From Eledone cirrhosa (Eukaryota): 64,000 nucleotides of DNA. The notes under the pieces are model-generated. The model saw only the letters and a list, made by a program, of their open reading frames with translations. It was not told where the DNA came from and did not search any database. The stretch spans positions 105,338,001 to 105,402,000 of the forward strand of contig OZ024743.1 in NCBI GenBank assembly GCA_964016885.1, in the 5' to 3' direction. The position numbers were made by a program, and so were the translations under genes. This document shows, piece after piece, positions 15,887-30,299 of the stretch (positions are counted from its first letter, which is position 1; every line of letters begins with the position of its first letter).

Positions 15887-15962
15887 TTTATCCCGAGTTC
15901 AATCGGGGGTAACCACAATAAGTAAGGTACTCAATACATAGCAGAGTATAAATATTTAATAT

Positions 15963-16072
15963 AGAAATGGCTTCTACAGGACTAGAAATGTTTCATTCGG
16001 GAAAAATCATCTGGAAGCTTCCTGATGATTTCTCCCGAATGAAACAGTTCTAGTCCTCTAGAAGCCGTTTTT
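15963..16072. mobile_element. Near-perfect 110-bp palindrome carrying a hammerhead core (pLTR-like foldback)
   Basis: Centre GGAAGCTTCC at 16013-16022; right arm CTGATGA t-ttc-tccc-gaa-t GAAA cagt TC (16022-16050); (TA)n on both sides of the insert. Confidence 0.6.
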
Positions 16073-16130
16073 ATATATATTATATATATAAATATATATA
16101 TATATACACACACACACACGCACACACACG

Positions 16131-16162
<32 letters not shown>

Positions 16163-16506
16163 CATATACATACACATAACACTTTTCTACATAACCAACA
16201 CATATCTAGGTGCGTTTATATACCCATCTCTGTATCAAATCTTCATTTTATATCACATATTGCAATCATTTCTAGTTGTTTTTCTCATTTAGGACAATTA
16301 TTGAACTATGGCAATTTAGGGTAATGTATTCATGAAGCGATTACATCGGCTCTATAAGAAGTGTACTGGAAAAAATAAATAGAAAAGACTATCCTTGCAA
16401 GGATTTTCATTCATAAGCGGGACATAACGAAATGTAAACAAGGCATTTTTTGCAACGTGCATCTAATTCATTCAAACAACCAGAGTCATTTTCTCCCTAT
16501 ACATAT

Positions 16507-16576
<70 letters not shown>

Positions 16577-17015
16577 ACACACAAACACCTTAGATATATA
16601 TTCAGTCACGCATCCATATATTCATGCATATATGGATGGGTGAGTGAATGAATGGTTGGAAACTTAACCCCAGATTGAGTCGTATGTGTGACATACTGAT
16701 ATGCAGCGTGGCTTATGTATTTTATAAACATGCTAGAGCCCATCCCCTCTCCACGTTTCAACACTGCCGTTTTTCCAGAGAAGTGGTGTGTAATAAAGAG
16801 AAAGTGTTAACGAGATAAGGAGGATTCGACATAAGTACAAAGCGTTGTTCACATTGAAAGAATGAATGACAACGTTTGGGTTTTGAACTCAGAAATGCGG
16901 CAATATGTTCTATCCGACTCTCTAATGTCATATAAATATATATACAGCATTTATATATATATATATATATATGAAAAAGAACACAAGAGCGTCTACAACA
17001 TCAAAAGATTTTTAT

Positions 17016-17064
17016 TGGCTTACAATGTTTCTTCCTTACGTAACCGTAGGATTCGTCAGAGCTA
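17016..17064 (-). ncRNA. Minimal type I hammerhead ribozyme motif
   Basis: Minus strand: tagct CTGACGA a-tcctacg-gtta-cgtaagga-a GAAA cattg TA agcca, followed directly by AATAAA and then (TA)n. Confidence 0.75.
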
Positions 17065-17283
17065 TAAAAGGGGTTTGATTGGTGTTATGGACTCTACCAA
17101 CCAAACATTCATGAACAAAGAGTAAAGAGAGTAAAGAGCAAAAGTAGGGGACGATAAGTCTAATTTTTGGTCGGGAGGGTGGGGTGTGGGTCCTTGTTTA
17201 CTAGCTGCGGTCATATTCATATATATATTTCGTTTCTGAATTTGTTTAGCAAGATTATTTATCTGAAAACGTGTGTTGAAACC

Positions 17284-17795
17284 AATATTGTTATACTTTG
17301 GGAGGGTCATGTTAGAAACACACGCCCCAGTTGCTTTCACTCCAATTTATTATAAATTAAATTTATAAATTTCCGGTTGGCTGGTTGGTTCCATAACCGG
17401 ACGGTTGTTCATATATTGTGAAAGTTATTTCGTCACACATTATGTGACCTCTTCAGTGACTGAGGATTCTTTTCTTTGTTCTGTCCTATGCCATCTTGTT
17501 TTTGTTTGCGCATGACATGCGCAAACTAAGCAGACAACACACACACAAACAAGATGACGTAGGGCAGAACAAAGGAGAGACACAAAACAAAGAAAAGAAT
17601 CCCCAGTCACTGAAGAGGTCACAGAATGCGTGACGAAAGAACTGTGACAATATATGAACAAACGTCCGGTCATGGAACCAACAAACCAACCGGAAATTTA
17701 TAAATTCTTAAATTTATAAATTTAATTTATAATAAATTGGAGTGAAAGCTCTGGTGCGTGTGTTTCTTATTGGCAACATGACCCTCCCAAAGCAT

Positions 17796-17801
<6 letters not shown>
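17284..17801. mobile_element. About 520-bp foldback element with a hammerhead motif in each arm
   Basis: Long inverted arms; gtca CTGAAGA g-gtcac-N7-gtgac GAAA at 17606-17648 (+) and 17418-17460 (-); ends in (TA)n. Confidence 0.75.
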
Positions 17802-17846
<45 letters not shown>

Positions 17847-18013
17847 ATGTCGGTCACTCGTGAGTGCTACTGGCAACAGTACAACCTGTCACATGATCGG
17901 ATAGTCGGCGACTGAACCGCCAATCCCACAAAGTTTACTTGGGGAGGGGGTGATTTCGGACAGAGGGATCATCGAACCAGTACCGGACTGGTAATTCTTT
18001 TATCAATCTTGAA

Positions 18014-18178
18014 ATAATTGTTTCTACTTCTGGCACAAGGCCAGCAATTACCCAGTGCATTACTGGTACTTTATTTTGTCGACCCCGATGAAAGGCAAAG
18101 TTAACCTCGGCGGGATTTGAACTCAGAATGGCAAGGGCCGTAACTCTATGCGTCCGACCCTCTACCGATATTGCCAAT
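18014..18178 (-). mobile_element. tRNA-derived SINE copy
   Basis: Reverse complement of the 14988-15171 copy. Confidence 0.9.
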
Positions 18179-18381
18179 CCATGCCCTCATAATAATAACA
18201 TATTCCTAGCTATCTTCTTTCTCTACACTAATTACACGTTTACTTTTATATATATTTACTTTATCTTCTGACTAGCGTATGTTATGGAATTAAAACACAT
18301 ACATTTGTACGTGTGCCGCGTACAGAATATGCACAAAAAAACAAATTCATGTCCCATTCACACACACGCACACTCACACTT

Positions 18382-18466
<85 letters not shown>

Positions 18467-18483
18467 TGCATAATTATTTATAA

Positions 18484-18515
<32 letters not shown>

Positions 18516-19027
18516 ATGTGTGTGTGTGTGTGTACATGACTGTATCATCTCGTTACAGCTTTATGTCACCTCAATCTGAAAATGGTGAATCATAGAATAT
18601 GTGGTTGGTTTGCCTTGAAAGTATCATTTCCTTTAATTGAACCTCATATTGACAAATCTGTACATCGACAACCTCCAACAGCTTTAGTCACATTTAAATC
18701 CAAACCAAACAAGCTATATAATGAAAACAAATATTGATAAATATAAAATCTCAGGGAAATAAAACTGCAGCAAAACAAAAATGAATTAAGAAAAATGTCA
18801 ATAAAAAAGACGAAAGAAAGATATATTTTTACAGCTTTGTTTTTGTTGAAATTGTTCGGAAGGTTGGTTGTGTAAGGGAGTGGCTCATTTTCTCAACGTT
18901 CTCAACAAATCCTTCATTATGTCGCACTTATGCCACTGAGATTAAGTGTAGCAAGATTGTACTTTCCCTTCGTGCTTTACTCTTTTTGTTTAGCATTTAA
19001 GTATTGTATTTCCACACACACACACGC

Positions 19028-19116
<89 letters not shown>

Positions 19117-19179
19117 CACACACACATATAAATGTATATATACATATATACATATATACATATATACATATATACACAC

Positions 19180-19210
<31 letters not shown>

Positions 19211-19257
19211 TATACATATATACATATATACATATATACATATATACATATATACAC

Positions 19258-19308
<51 letters not shown>

Positions 19309-19331
19309 CATATATACATATATACATATAT

Positions 19332-19386
<55 letters not shown>

Positions 19387-19400
19387 TACATATATATATG

Positions 19401-19497
<97 letters not shown>

Positions 19498-20607
19498 GCA
19501 TATAGTGAAGTGGTTTCTTTATTTATATTCCCTTTCTCTAATCCGTCCATATTACTATTATGGCTTCCCATAATTTGAGAGAGGAAAGGGGGCGGTTTAT
19601 ATTCGACTGGATCAATCATGGTAAATGACTGGTATGTAATTTAATGTCCGTAGACGGACGGAAATATTCCATAACTGTTGCATTTAAATTCAGAATGTAT
19701 GAAAATAAATCCTTATTAATATCGTCTCTGTCACGTCACCGAAGACTGGATTGCAATATTAGGAATTAATATTGAATAATTCCTCTCTAAACTACACTTC
19801 AATTTCAATAATGTTCTCTGGCCTAGAATGGGTGTAATTTTCTACTTTAGATTACGATTGAGGACATATTAGATTTGTGGAATGTCCATCGATGAAAAGA
19901 TCTATGTAACAAGATGCTAAATTTATTTTTTACAGTGATAACATTGGAAAATGAGATCGTGAAGAATTTCTTTCCGAAGTACCAGTGAAGAGATATTGCA
20001 TCAAAAGTATACAACATAAAGAGGAAAGTAATCCTGCGAATACTGTAGTCAAATTATGACAAACCATATTCATCAAGCAATAGAGAATACCGAATCAAAT
20101 ATTTAGATTAGACAAGTGAAATTATCGACAAAGGTCACCTAATCGTCATTCACTTGAAGATTAACAGAGGCTGAACGCAAAATGAAAATAAAAATATATC
20201 GATCACAAATGCGAGATGCTAAATTCACGGAGTGTGATGAAGAACTAGAAATAGACGAATCAAAGAAAACAACTAAATTCATCGAATTTGGCAATAATAC
20301 CATATTATTGTGCCGCCTAAAACAACATACGTTAATCATACAAATTAAGCCATTCAAAACATAAAGTTAATAAGAGGAATAGTATAGATATCACTAGCTT
20401 AAATTACGCAGCCTATAAATGCAGTTGTCTTGATATTTGCGGAGATAATAATCAAGAGGAATATTCTAATTTTAGGTGATTTCTAATATATTTAGGAAGT
20501 GGATATTTCTTCTTTGATTGTTTGTGTACTGCTAACATTTTAAACTTGTCAATTTATATATTGATATTGGGAAATATATTCATGTAGATGCTCGGTCAAT
20601 AATAATG

Positions 20608-20790
20608 ATTTTTAATCTAGGCACAAGGCCAGCAATTTGGGCAGAAAGAGAAAGTCGATTATATCGACCCCACTATATGACTCGTTATATTCAATCGAAC
20701 CGGAAGAATGAAACGCAAATTTGACCACGTCAGGATTTGAACTCAAAAAGTAAAGTTAGCAACATCTTGTCTCACGCTCTAATGGTTCAG
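20608..20790 (-). mobile_element. Degenerate SINE copy
   Basis: GGCACAAGGCCAGCAATTT ... GGATTTGAACTC, reverse complement of the SINE 3' end and B box. Confidence 0.7.
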
Positions 20791-21549
20791 TGAATACAGA
20801 GCATTTGGTCTGTCCATAATAATAACGAACTTTTAGAATATTGAAATGTGTCAGATTTTTTTCTATAGGGGAGTAATAACTGCTCGAAGTGAGGCATCTG
20901 TTAGATATTTATTCATTTTATTATCCCTAATAGTGATAAACACGACAGACAAGGTGTTACAAAATAACATGATCTATATCTCATGAAGAAACTGAGAGAT
21001 GAAATAAAACTGTATAACTAAATAATATTTCTGTCAATATAGAAGAATATTCAAGAAAAGATAACAGAATAATATAGAGGAATATAACAAGTTATATATG
21101 AAAGAGAATTCAGAATAGAAGAAAGATTGAAAAGTTAATTATTTCAAGCAGAAACACCATAAATAACAGTCAAAGAGATTTAGCGATGGGCAGTTTAATA
21201 AATGTAACAGGAAAATCATCATATAAAATACAGACATACTATTTACAGAGCAGTTACGTAGGAAACATTTTGGGGTGAAACTCCCACAGACCAGCATTCA
21301 ATTTAATGTAGGAAAAGAAAACATTGTCTATTTGAGTCGAAGAGTGTCACAGCTACAGAACAAATAGACAGGCAGGATGACAAATAACCTTGTACGACAA
21401 AAATCTGATACAGAAACACATATGAAAACACACATATTTATGTATAAAATTATATATATATTCGTTTTCTATTCTATCATACTCTGCTCTGTAAGAGCAT
21501 AGAGTGCTCAACCGGCATACCGCCTATGGAAGCATCTTAGCTACCATTA

Positions 21550-21597
<48 letters not shown>

Positions 21598-21749
21598 ATA
21601 ATAAGGAGTTGACGGACCCAGCATATTTATCAATGGCAGTACCGGTTGTATCTCAGGGTACTCCATGGGAAATGTAAGATACATTCCCAGAGTATACACA
21701 TAGTTATTTGCTTCAATACAACACACGTAAAATGGGTGCCTATAATGGT

Positions 21750-21862
21750 TACCGGACTCGAGTTTCTGCCGCACTAATGCAGCAGTAAGGTGCACTGCAC
21801 CATCCGTCTGCATATATTATGCAACAGTGCAGAATCGGCTTATGCGGCTTCATCAGCGGGTA
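21750..21862 (-). ncRNA. Type I hammerhead motif with a large loop II insertion
   Basis: Minus strand: tacccg CTGATGA a-gccgca-[~70 nt]-tgcggc-a GAAA ctcgag TC cggta; palindromic ACTCGAGT in stem III, GUC triplet. Confidence 0.65.
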
Positions 21863-22214
21863 TCGCCTAATCAATAACCAATCGACTGACACGGTAAAGC
21901 GATTAGCAACTGGCACCCGATAAGATTCTATCTCTCAACTAGCCACTGATTTACACATTTTACGTGGCGGCGGGAAGCTAAAAGAATCAATCTTTTCGTT
22001 CCCGTCAAAAACTCTCAGCCAACGCGTCTCACACACAAATTATTAAGAGGTGAACATATGGTTATTAAAAATAGCAGTTCACATTTATGTATAATAGAAT
22101 GGTAGCATTCGGCTCATGGCTCCAAGCCCCATGGCTAGAGAAAAGCGATGGCAACAATGGTAGTGCCAAGACCCTTTAACGGACTTTAAATGCGATTATC
22201 CATTATAGAGTAAA

Positions 22215-23067
22215 TATATATATATATCTAAAACAGAGAATGTCTATCTGTTTGTCAGCTCACTAAAATTCGAGAATCACCCAACTGATTGTTTTCATAC
22301 TTTACACATGTAATACTTATGTTCCTGTGTATCTTTTGAGAAAAAGAAATTTCAAATTTTCAATGCCCTAGGGAGCACATTAGGCGATTTAGCCATCTCC
22401 CCCCCCCCTCTCTCTCTCTCTCTCTCTCCCTCTCTCTCTCTCTTAGTATTTATTTTTAGATAGATACATATCTGTCTGTATGTTTGGCTGTCTGCATTAC
22501 GTCATTACGACGCGATCAGTGTGTGTGTGTGTATGTATATATAATGTGTTTATATATATTTCTTATGCCAGGGAATGTCTCCATGAACCAAAGTATCGTC
22601 ATCCCGTTTCCCTTCGGTTGCAACGTTTTTCGAAATATCTACTTCTACGTTCACAGATTGATTTTTTTAGTTTCAGAAGATCCCGTTAAAGGTGAAAGCA
22701 GCGATTCTTTGCTTAAACTTTCATATGTTATTTTAATATAGATATTCGTGTACAGATATCTTTGCATACACAAAAACAAAATATAAACAAACAAGGCCAA
22801 CGATTACGTTTTTTGAAATATTTACTTCTGTGTTCACAGATTAATTTTTTTTGTTTCAGAAGATCCTGTTAAGGGTGAAAGCAGCGATTCTTTGCTTAAA
22901 CGTTAATCTGTTATTTTAATATATATATATATATATAATTATATATTCTTGTACAGATGTTTTTGTATACACAATAACAAAATATAAACAAACGTATTTA
23001 TTTCACGAGACTCAATAAGGATAAATATCTAGAGCAAATCCCGAGCAACGCCGGGCCATTCTGCTAG
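22215..23067 (+). mobile_element. Non-autonomous Helitron-like element
   Basis: 3' GC-rich hairpin CCCGAGCAACGCCGGG (23040-23055) followed by CTAG (23064-23067) and then T; 5' ATATATCTAAAA...GTCTATCTGTTTGTC start typical of Lep1-like helitrons; 5' boundary approximate. Confidence 0.6.
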
Positions 23068-23230
23068 TATTTATTAAAATAACAAATTAAAGTTTAAGCA
23101 AAAAATCGCTGCTTTCACCCTTAACGGGATCTTCTGAAACTAAAAAAAATCAATCATTGAACGCAGAAGTAAATATTTCGAAAAACGTTGCAACCGAAGG
23201 AAAACAGGAAGACGATAATACGTTCGTGAA
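22600..23230. mobile_element. Two direct copies and one inverted copy of the CAGAAGA hammerhead element
   Basis: Motif at 22669-22719 (+), about 22853-22901 (+) and 23091-23141 (-), matching 6715-6765. Confidence 0.7.
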
Positions 23231-23544
23231 GACGTTCCAACGAATAAAAAAGCGAGGATAATACGTCGTTATGTGGAGCGTAGAGAACAATTACACGCAA
23301 AGAATAAACCGCGTTTATAGTATAAATGAAGTCGTAGACTAATATTCTATTTAGGAAACCGAATGATTCTCGACTTCAGAGTTAAGAAAAATGTAAATAA
23401 ATTAGTAGAACGAAAATGACAGAGGTTATTAAAATCAATAATAATTAAAAGTTAAACAGAAATAACAACACAATCGGTACAGTATATGGAAGGTATATAT
23501 TAGGTTAACGTTTGATATGCAGGAAGTGCATATATGTATATATA

Positions 23545-23965
23545 AATCCGCCTCCTCATTGCTGTAGTGGAGTCTGTGCTGCTGTACGGATCTGAGACTT
23601 GGCCATTGACCAAGAAACTCACTCAGATGGTGGATGGGTGCTACGCGAGAATGCTGAGGATGGCTCTGATCATTAATCAGTATACACTGAGGATGAAAAA
23701 CTCAGAGCTGTATGGGAGCCTCCCAAAAGTTAGCTCAAAAGTGACACAGAGTAGACTGAGGTTAGCTGGACATGCTCACCGACATCCAGAGTTGACATTG
23801 CACTCAGTACTCCTGTGGGAGCCCCTACATGGACACACTGGAAGAGGAAGACCAAGGTTAACGTATGTTGATGCACTAAGGACAGACACTCGTCTGTTGG
23901 AGACGCAGGTATGGCAGCGATAATGAGGGACAGAGACCGCTGGAGAGAACTCGGGAATTTTACCC
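23545..23965 (+). mobile_element. RTE-clade LINE 3' fragment
   Basis: ORF 23567-23923 VESVLLYGSETW...RLRLAGH...RGRPRLTY, the characteristic RTE C-terminal region. Confidence 0.85.
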
Positions 23966-24120
23966 GCCCTAAAAATATATATATATATATATGCACACAC
24001 ATATATAGATATATTCATATATTATAATGAATGAATATAGAAGATGAAAAAAGTTAAGGAATTTTGTTTTAAAACACACACATTTATATGCGTGTAATAT
24101 GATATGCGCATATCTATTTG

Positions 24121-24151
<31 letters not shown>

Positions 24152-24181
24152 CCGTGTAACTATATGTATATATATATATCC

Positions 24182-24212
<31 letters not shown>

Positions 24213-24215
<3 letters not shown>

Positions 24216-24932
24216 ATGTAATCTGAGTTTTTCGAATATTAATAATAACATTCGATTCGTTTGCAATTATGCAAACAAGCCTCAATTTTATACCCATGTC
24301 TGTAGAATGAATCCTTCATTCTTGCTCATCCAGTTCTGTTCATATGCCAACACATGAACAAGAATGAAGGGTTCATTCTACAGACATGGCTATAAAATTG
24401 AGGCGTTTTTGCATAATTGCAAACGAATCGAATGTTATTATTAATATTCGAAATTCTCAGATTACATTTATTGTATTCAGCCATGTATAGCGAAAATTTT
24501 CTTTTTTATTTGAATTTGGCAAAGCCGGCCATTTATCGCTCGTATACAGGAACCTGATTGGTCAGTCTGCTGATATGCAAATATGGCTGATCAGTGGATC
24601 TGCTAATATGCAGATCTGACTGATCAGCCAGTCTGCTAATATGCACATCATGCCGATCAATCACTGTATTTTTGGAAATAGCATATATTTTCACTAGCTC
24701 TCACACTTGGCAGGTGAACAGTGAGCTGTACTGATGAAGAGTGATATGCAGAAACATTAATGTCAGCAGTTCTGTTCACATGGCAACACATGAGGAAGAA
24801 TGAAGCGTTCATTTTACAGACATGGCTATAACATTGAGGCTTGTTTGCATAATTGAAAACGATTCGAATGTTATTAATATTCGAAAATCTCAAATTACAT
24901 TTATTGTATTCAGCCATGTAGAGCGAAAATAT
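24213..24932. mobile_element. Penelope pLTR-like insertion: inverted plus tandem direct repeats with hammerhead
   Basis: About 24215-24330 is inverted relative to 24352-24470; about 24330-24500 is repeated at 24768-24930; TA-repeat flanks. Confidence 0.75.
24723..24772 (+). ncRNA. Type I hammerhead motif (stem II degenerate)
   Basis: gagctgta CTGATGA agagtgatatgca GAAA cattaatg TC agcagttc; palindromic ACATTAATGT, GUC triplet, 7-bp stem I with a mismatch at the first pair. Confidence 0.6.
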
Positions 24933-25511
24933 TATTTTATATATATCCGTGTGTGTATGTGTATGAGTGTGTGTGTGTATGTTTATATGTAGGTATGTAT
25001 TTACATATAAATTACAATACTATTTGATGTCTCATTGAATTGTTTTGATTATTCTTTTTCAATAGTTTTAGTTCGTTTCTACTCTTTTTCCATAAATTTT
25101 CTTGACGATCAACTGAGAAATACAGTTATTCCACGCCCGCACATCACTAAAGAGGAGATTTTCCATTTATTCTTTAGTTGAGTCAATGTTGACATAATCA
25201 ATTGTATTCTTCCTTTCAAATCGTTTTTTTTTCTTTAAAAAAATATCCGAGCAGCAAATGAAACGAAATAAATAAATGAAATACAAAAATCTCGCATAGA
25301 CGAAAATAAAATAAAATAAAATAAAGTAAAATGAAATAAAAGTAACAGAAACCAATAATGACGAATAGGAAGTGAAACAGATGAATTCCAGGAAAGTAGT
25401 AGTTTTAGGTATAAATATAATACATACCATACATAGAATACGTAGCATATACACGCCAAATCAATGATATGCACATATATGTATGTATAGGCTTGCGATT
25501 ATATACATACG

Positions 25512-25594
<83 letters not shown>

Positions 25595-25607
25595 GTATAT
25601 ATATATG

Positions 25608-25667
<60 letters not shown>

Positions 25668-25736
25668 AAACTTAAATATCTATCTGTCTGTCTATCTATA
25701 TGTATATATATATATATAAATATATATATATAATAT

Positions 25737-25810
<74 letters not shown>

Positions 25811-25964
25811 TACACATATATATCTATGAATATGTATATACATGCACATAAATGAACACACTCAGACACAAACACATCAATTACGTATATAAATATACAT
25901 ACATACGTACATAGATTCATATCTATCTATCTGTCTATATATATATTTAAATATTCATATCAAT

Positions 25965-26150
25965 ATATATATGCATTCGTATACATGTACTTGCGCAGAT
26001 ATAACCCCCCCCCTCCACACCCATATATATATATATGCATACATATACATGTACATGCCCAGATATAACCCTCCCCCCCATATATATATGCATACATATA
26101 CATATACATGCCCATATATAACCCCCCTCCCATATATATATATATATACA
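25965..26150. repeat. Three copies of a ~55-bp unit with a C-tract (CATGCCCAGATATAACCCCCC)
   Basis: Directly visible tandem units within TA repeats. Confidence 0.8.
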
Positions 26151-26324
26151 TATATATGTATGTATATTTGACATCTGTGAGGTTTGATTATTAATATATT
26201 TTTCGAGTAAATATATAAAAAATATATGATAAACACTGTAGAAATGTAATCAATACTATCTACAACGTATACAATTCAGCATCAATAATCTGTGTTTGTG
26301 TGCAATATATACATACATACACAT

Positions 26325-26389
<65 letters not shown>

Positions 26390-26408
26390 GCATATATATA
26401 TATTATTA

Positions 26409-26440
<32 letters not shown>

Positions 26441-26720
26441 TTACATATATTTACATATACTTATATACCTACTAACTATCTAACAATAGCAGATAATACT
26501 AAGTAAGTAATGTACTTTTATTTGTATCCGTAAACACATTCCCACACATCACCTTACACTCACAAACACATATAATCACACATCATGTATATATATATAT
26601 ATATATTTGTGTGCGTGTGTGTGTATGTGTGCGTTTGTGTGCGTGCGTGTAAATATATATACATATATATCATATATATATATATACATATGTATATATA
26701 TATATATATATTTACATATT

Positions 26721-26760
<40 letters not shown>

Positions 26761-26781
26761 TATATACATATATATACATAC

Positions 26782-26845
<64 letters not shown>

Positions 26846-26941
26846 GCAAATTGGTATACATTCATATTAATGCCTTCATGTCTTTGTCGTATCATATATT
26901 TGCACACACATTCATATATACATATATACATATATACATGC

Positions 26942-26996
<55 letters not shown>

Positions 26997-26999
26997 TAT

Positions 27000-27275
<276 letters not shown>

Positions 27276-27839
27276 CTACTTAGAATAAGAATTAAATTGT
27301 GCAGATATATGAGATAACAAAGAAATAAAGGTATTGTGAACGAATATATACCAATTTGCATAGCCATATATTTTTATTTATTGTTTATACACGTTTTGAT
27401 ATCGGTCTAGTAAAAATTTATATTTCTTTTATACGCATGGATAATTCCTTTCAAAATGACATTTCGTTTGAAAGATTGATTAATGATCGATACGTTTTCA
27501 ATCATTTGGGTTTTATTTTATGTACAAATAATGCTATTGTGTAATTTTATAAAGAATATTTAGATGGACACACTTTTATATAGAGACATATTCATACACA
27601 TGTGAATACACACATATGCATATAAATAAAACTGCATACACACATGTGTATAGAAATATATAATGTATACTTTTAGAAAATAATAATAAAATAATATTAA
27701 TTTGAATTGAATATACCTTTACTGACTCATAGATAAATATGTATATATATGTGATTTTTTTATGTGCGGCTAAGTTAAATTACATTCCATATACATACAC
27801 TCACGCACACATACATATGCACAATTACACACACACACA

Positions 27840-27887
<48 letters not shown>

Positions 27888-27989
27888 CTGTACCGAATGT
27901 GTTGTTATATCTGTTTACCTTTTACATACATATATATATATATAAATATATTTTACACATATTTTACATATATATATATTAATACATAT

Positions 27990-28053
<64 letters not shown>

Positions 28054-29020
28054 TTAATTCAAAACAAGATTTAAAAAGTTATTGCCAAAGAACAACGCAA
28101 TACAAAAACGTTATATGACTCTATCAGTTATAAAGCCTCGGAAAATGATCCTAAAGTCTCGAACATTGTACCTTCATTGGAAGAAAGATAGAAAGGGAAG
28201 TTATAATGTTGTCACTGGGGAAACGTGATTGCCCTCACCTCTACGATACCTCCCGATTTGACGAAACCACGGAAGTGGCAGTATTCATAACGCATTAATG
28301 CGTACACCTCGGGGTTAGCTGGAGAGATACTATGACAAATGAGAAGATTGCAAAAGTGACATCTGTACATCAAAGATTATAATGGCAAACAATTGTACAA
28401 CATAGTGCTACACTCTATGTGAATATTATTGGATAACAAGCCTAAGCAATATGACCAGTAATCACGGAAACTGCAGGTTTCACTTCGCAGTTTCTCACTC
28501 TTAGGAGAGTGCTTTAACAAAATCGCACTGTCCTTCTCTCTCAATGATCTTACTGCATACCCTGACCACAACGAGGGGTATTTCTGTGTTCACACGCATA
28601 GTTGGATTGTTATAATTTTGAATAAGATGCGCCGTATTTGAAATGAGAGTAACTCTTCTAAAAAGACAGGGACTGGCGAGTTTTGTCAACATGGAGAATT
28701 TGGTTTTAAGATGCTAGTAGTTGGCCTTTGCTCTTCTCATCAGTTTCAACCATCTCTTCCATGCGTTGGCCAGTTGCTTGGATTCAGTTAGCAGCGGCTA
28801 CATGTGTCGCAAGTCGTTTGGGGTAATTTAGTAAAGATTACATTCTGAGGCAATGTTAAAATACATAAATACACACACACGCGTGCGCACAAACACACGC
28901 ACACACACACACGTATCCCTCATATATATATGTGTGTGTGTGAGGAATACATAATGTGTTGAATATGTCTGTCAAGTTGTTACAGACTCGCAATATTTAT
29001 TGGGGATTGGCAGTTTCGAT

Positions 29021-29204
29021 GGTGGCTTGGCAGTATCGGTAGAGGGTCGGACGCCATGTTTTGCAGCAAAGAGTTACGGCCCTTGCCATTCTGAGTTCAA
29101 ATCCCGACGAGGTTAACTTTGCATTTCATCCTTACGGGGTCGATAAAATAAAGTACTAGTAATACACTGGGATAATTGCTGGCCTTGTGCCAAAAGTAGA
29201 AACA
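29021..29204 (+). mobile_element. tRNA-derived SINE copy
   Basis: Same A box, B box and core as the other copies. Confidence 0.9.
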
Positions 29205-30060
29205 CATATTCATTGGAGTATTCAGTTACGGTCAATTCAGGTCGATGTGAAGTTAATGTTTCTTTCTTCAAAAGGTCAAAAAGATATAGTATTAATAATT
29301 TACAACTGGCAATGACATGTACTGCTCAAATGTGAAGTGTTATACTTATGTTAACTATCAATATTTTAGGTAAATATATTTAGTAATCCACATCATATCA
29401 CATGCATTTACCGACATAGACATACTCACTGGCATACATACATACATACAACATTACATACATAATACCTCCGTACAAATATACATGCAAACATATATGC
29501 ATGTATGCATACATATTACATGCATTCATACGTATATTCATCTACATACATATAAACAAACAAATATACGTATATACTTGCATACATACATATATACTTA
29601 TATATATATATATACACACACATATATAAACATATATGCATATAGATAGAGAGTGTGTGTGTGCGCGTGTGTGTGTGCGTGTATGTGTGTGCTTGTGTAT
29701 GTACATACGAACTTGTCTATGTGCATCTATAGATATGTGTAAGGTCTGAATCATATTGCTAAATATGCTTGCATAAAACATTTCAATAAAATGTTTCCAC
29801 CATAAATGCATTGCTTAAATTCCAATAAAAATAAACACTGCTTACTATAGACGTGTGCCAGTTCGCTGGTAAGTTTTTGTTGATTTTCTAAGTAAGAAAT
29901 CAAAACTTTATTGTAAATTTGATACTATTTTATAGCTTGACCCCACGTCTGGACTTTCAGACGGTGGGTCAACTCATCTTCACCCCTCCCTGGGGTGAAA
30001 TTTTCGTTTGTAAACATTTTTTCAGTGAAAGTAAATTGTAAACAAATTTTGCATTCAGTC

Positions 30061-30244
30061 ATGGACGACGCGTCCAGTACTAGAAGTGGTGGTGAGGCGG
30101 TAAGAGTGTTAAGCTCGCAGTCATCTCATCTCACCACTTCATTGAAACACGTCGAAAATGTCGTCAGTTTTGAAAACACGATGTCGAACGTTGATTGTAA
30201 CACCAACACCAATAAAAATGAAAAATGCAAACAACACCAACCAG

Positions 30245-30299
<55 letters not shown>

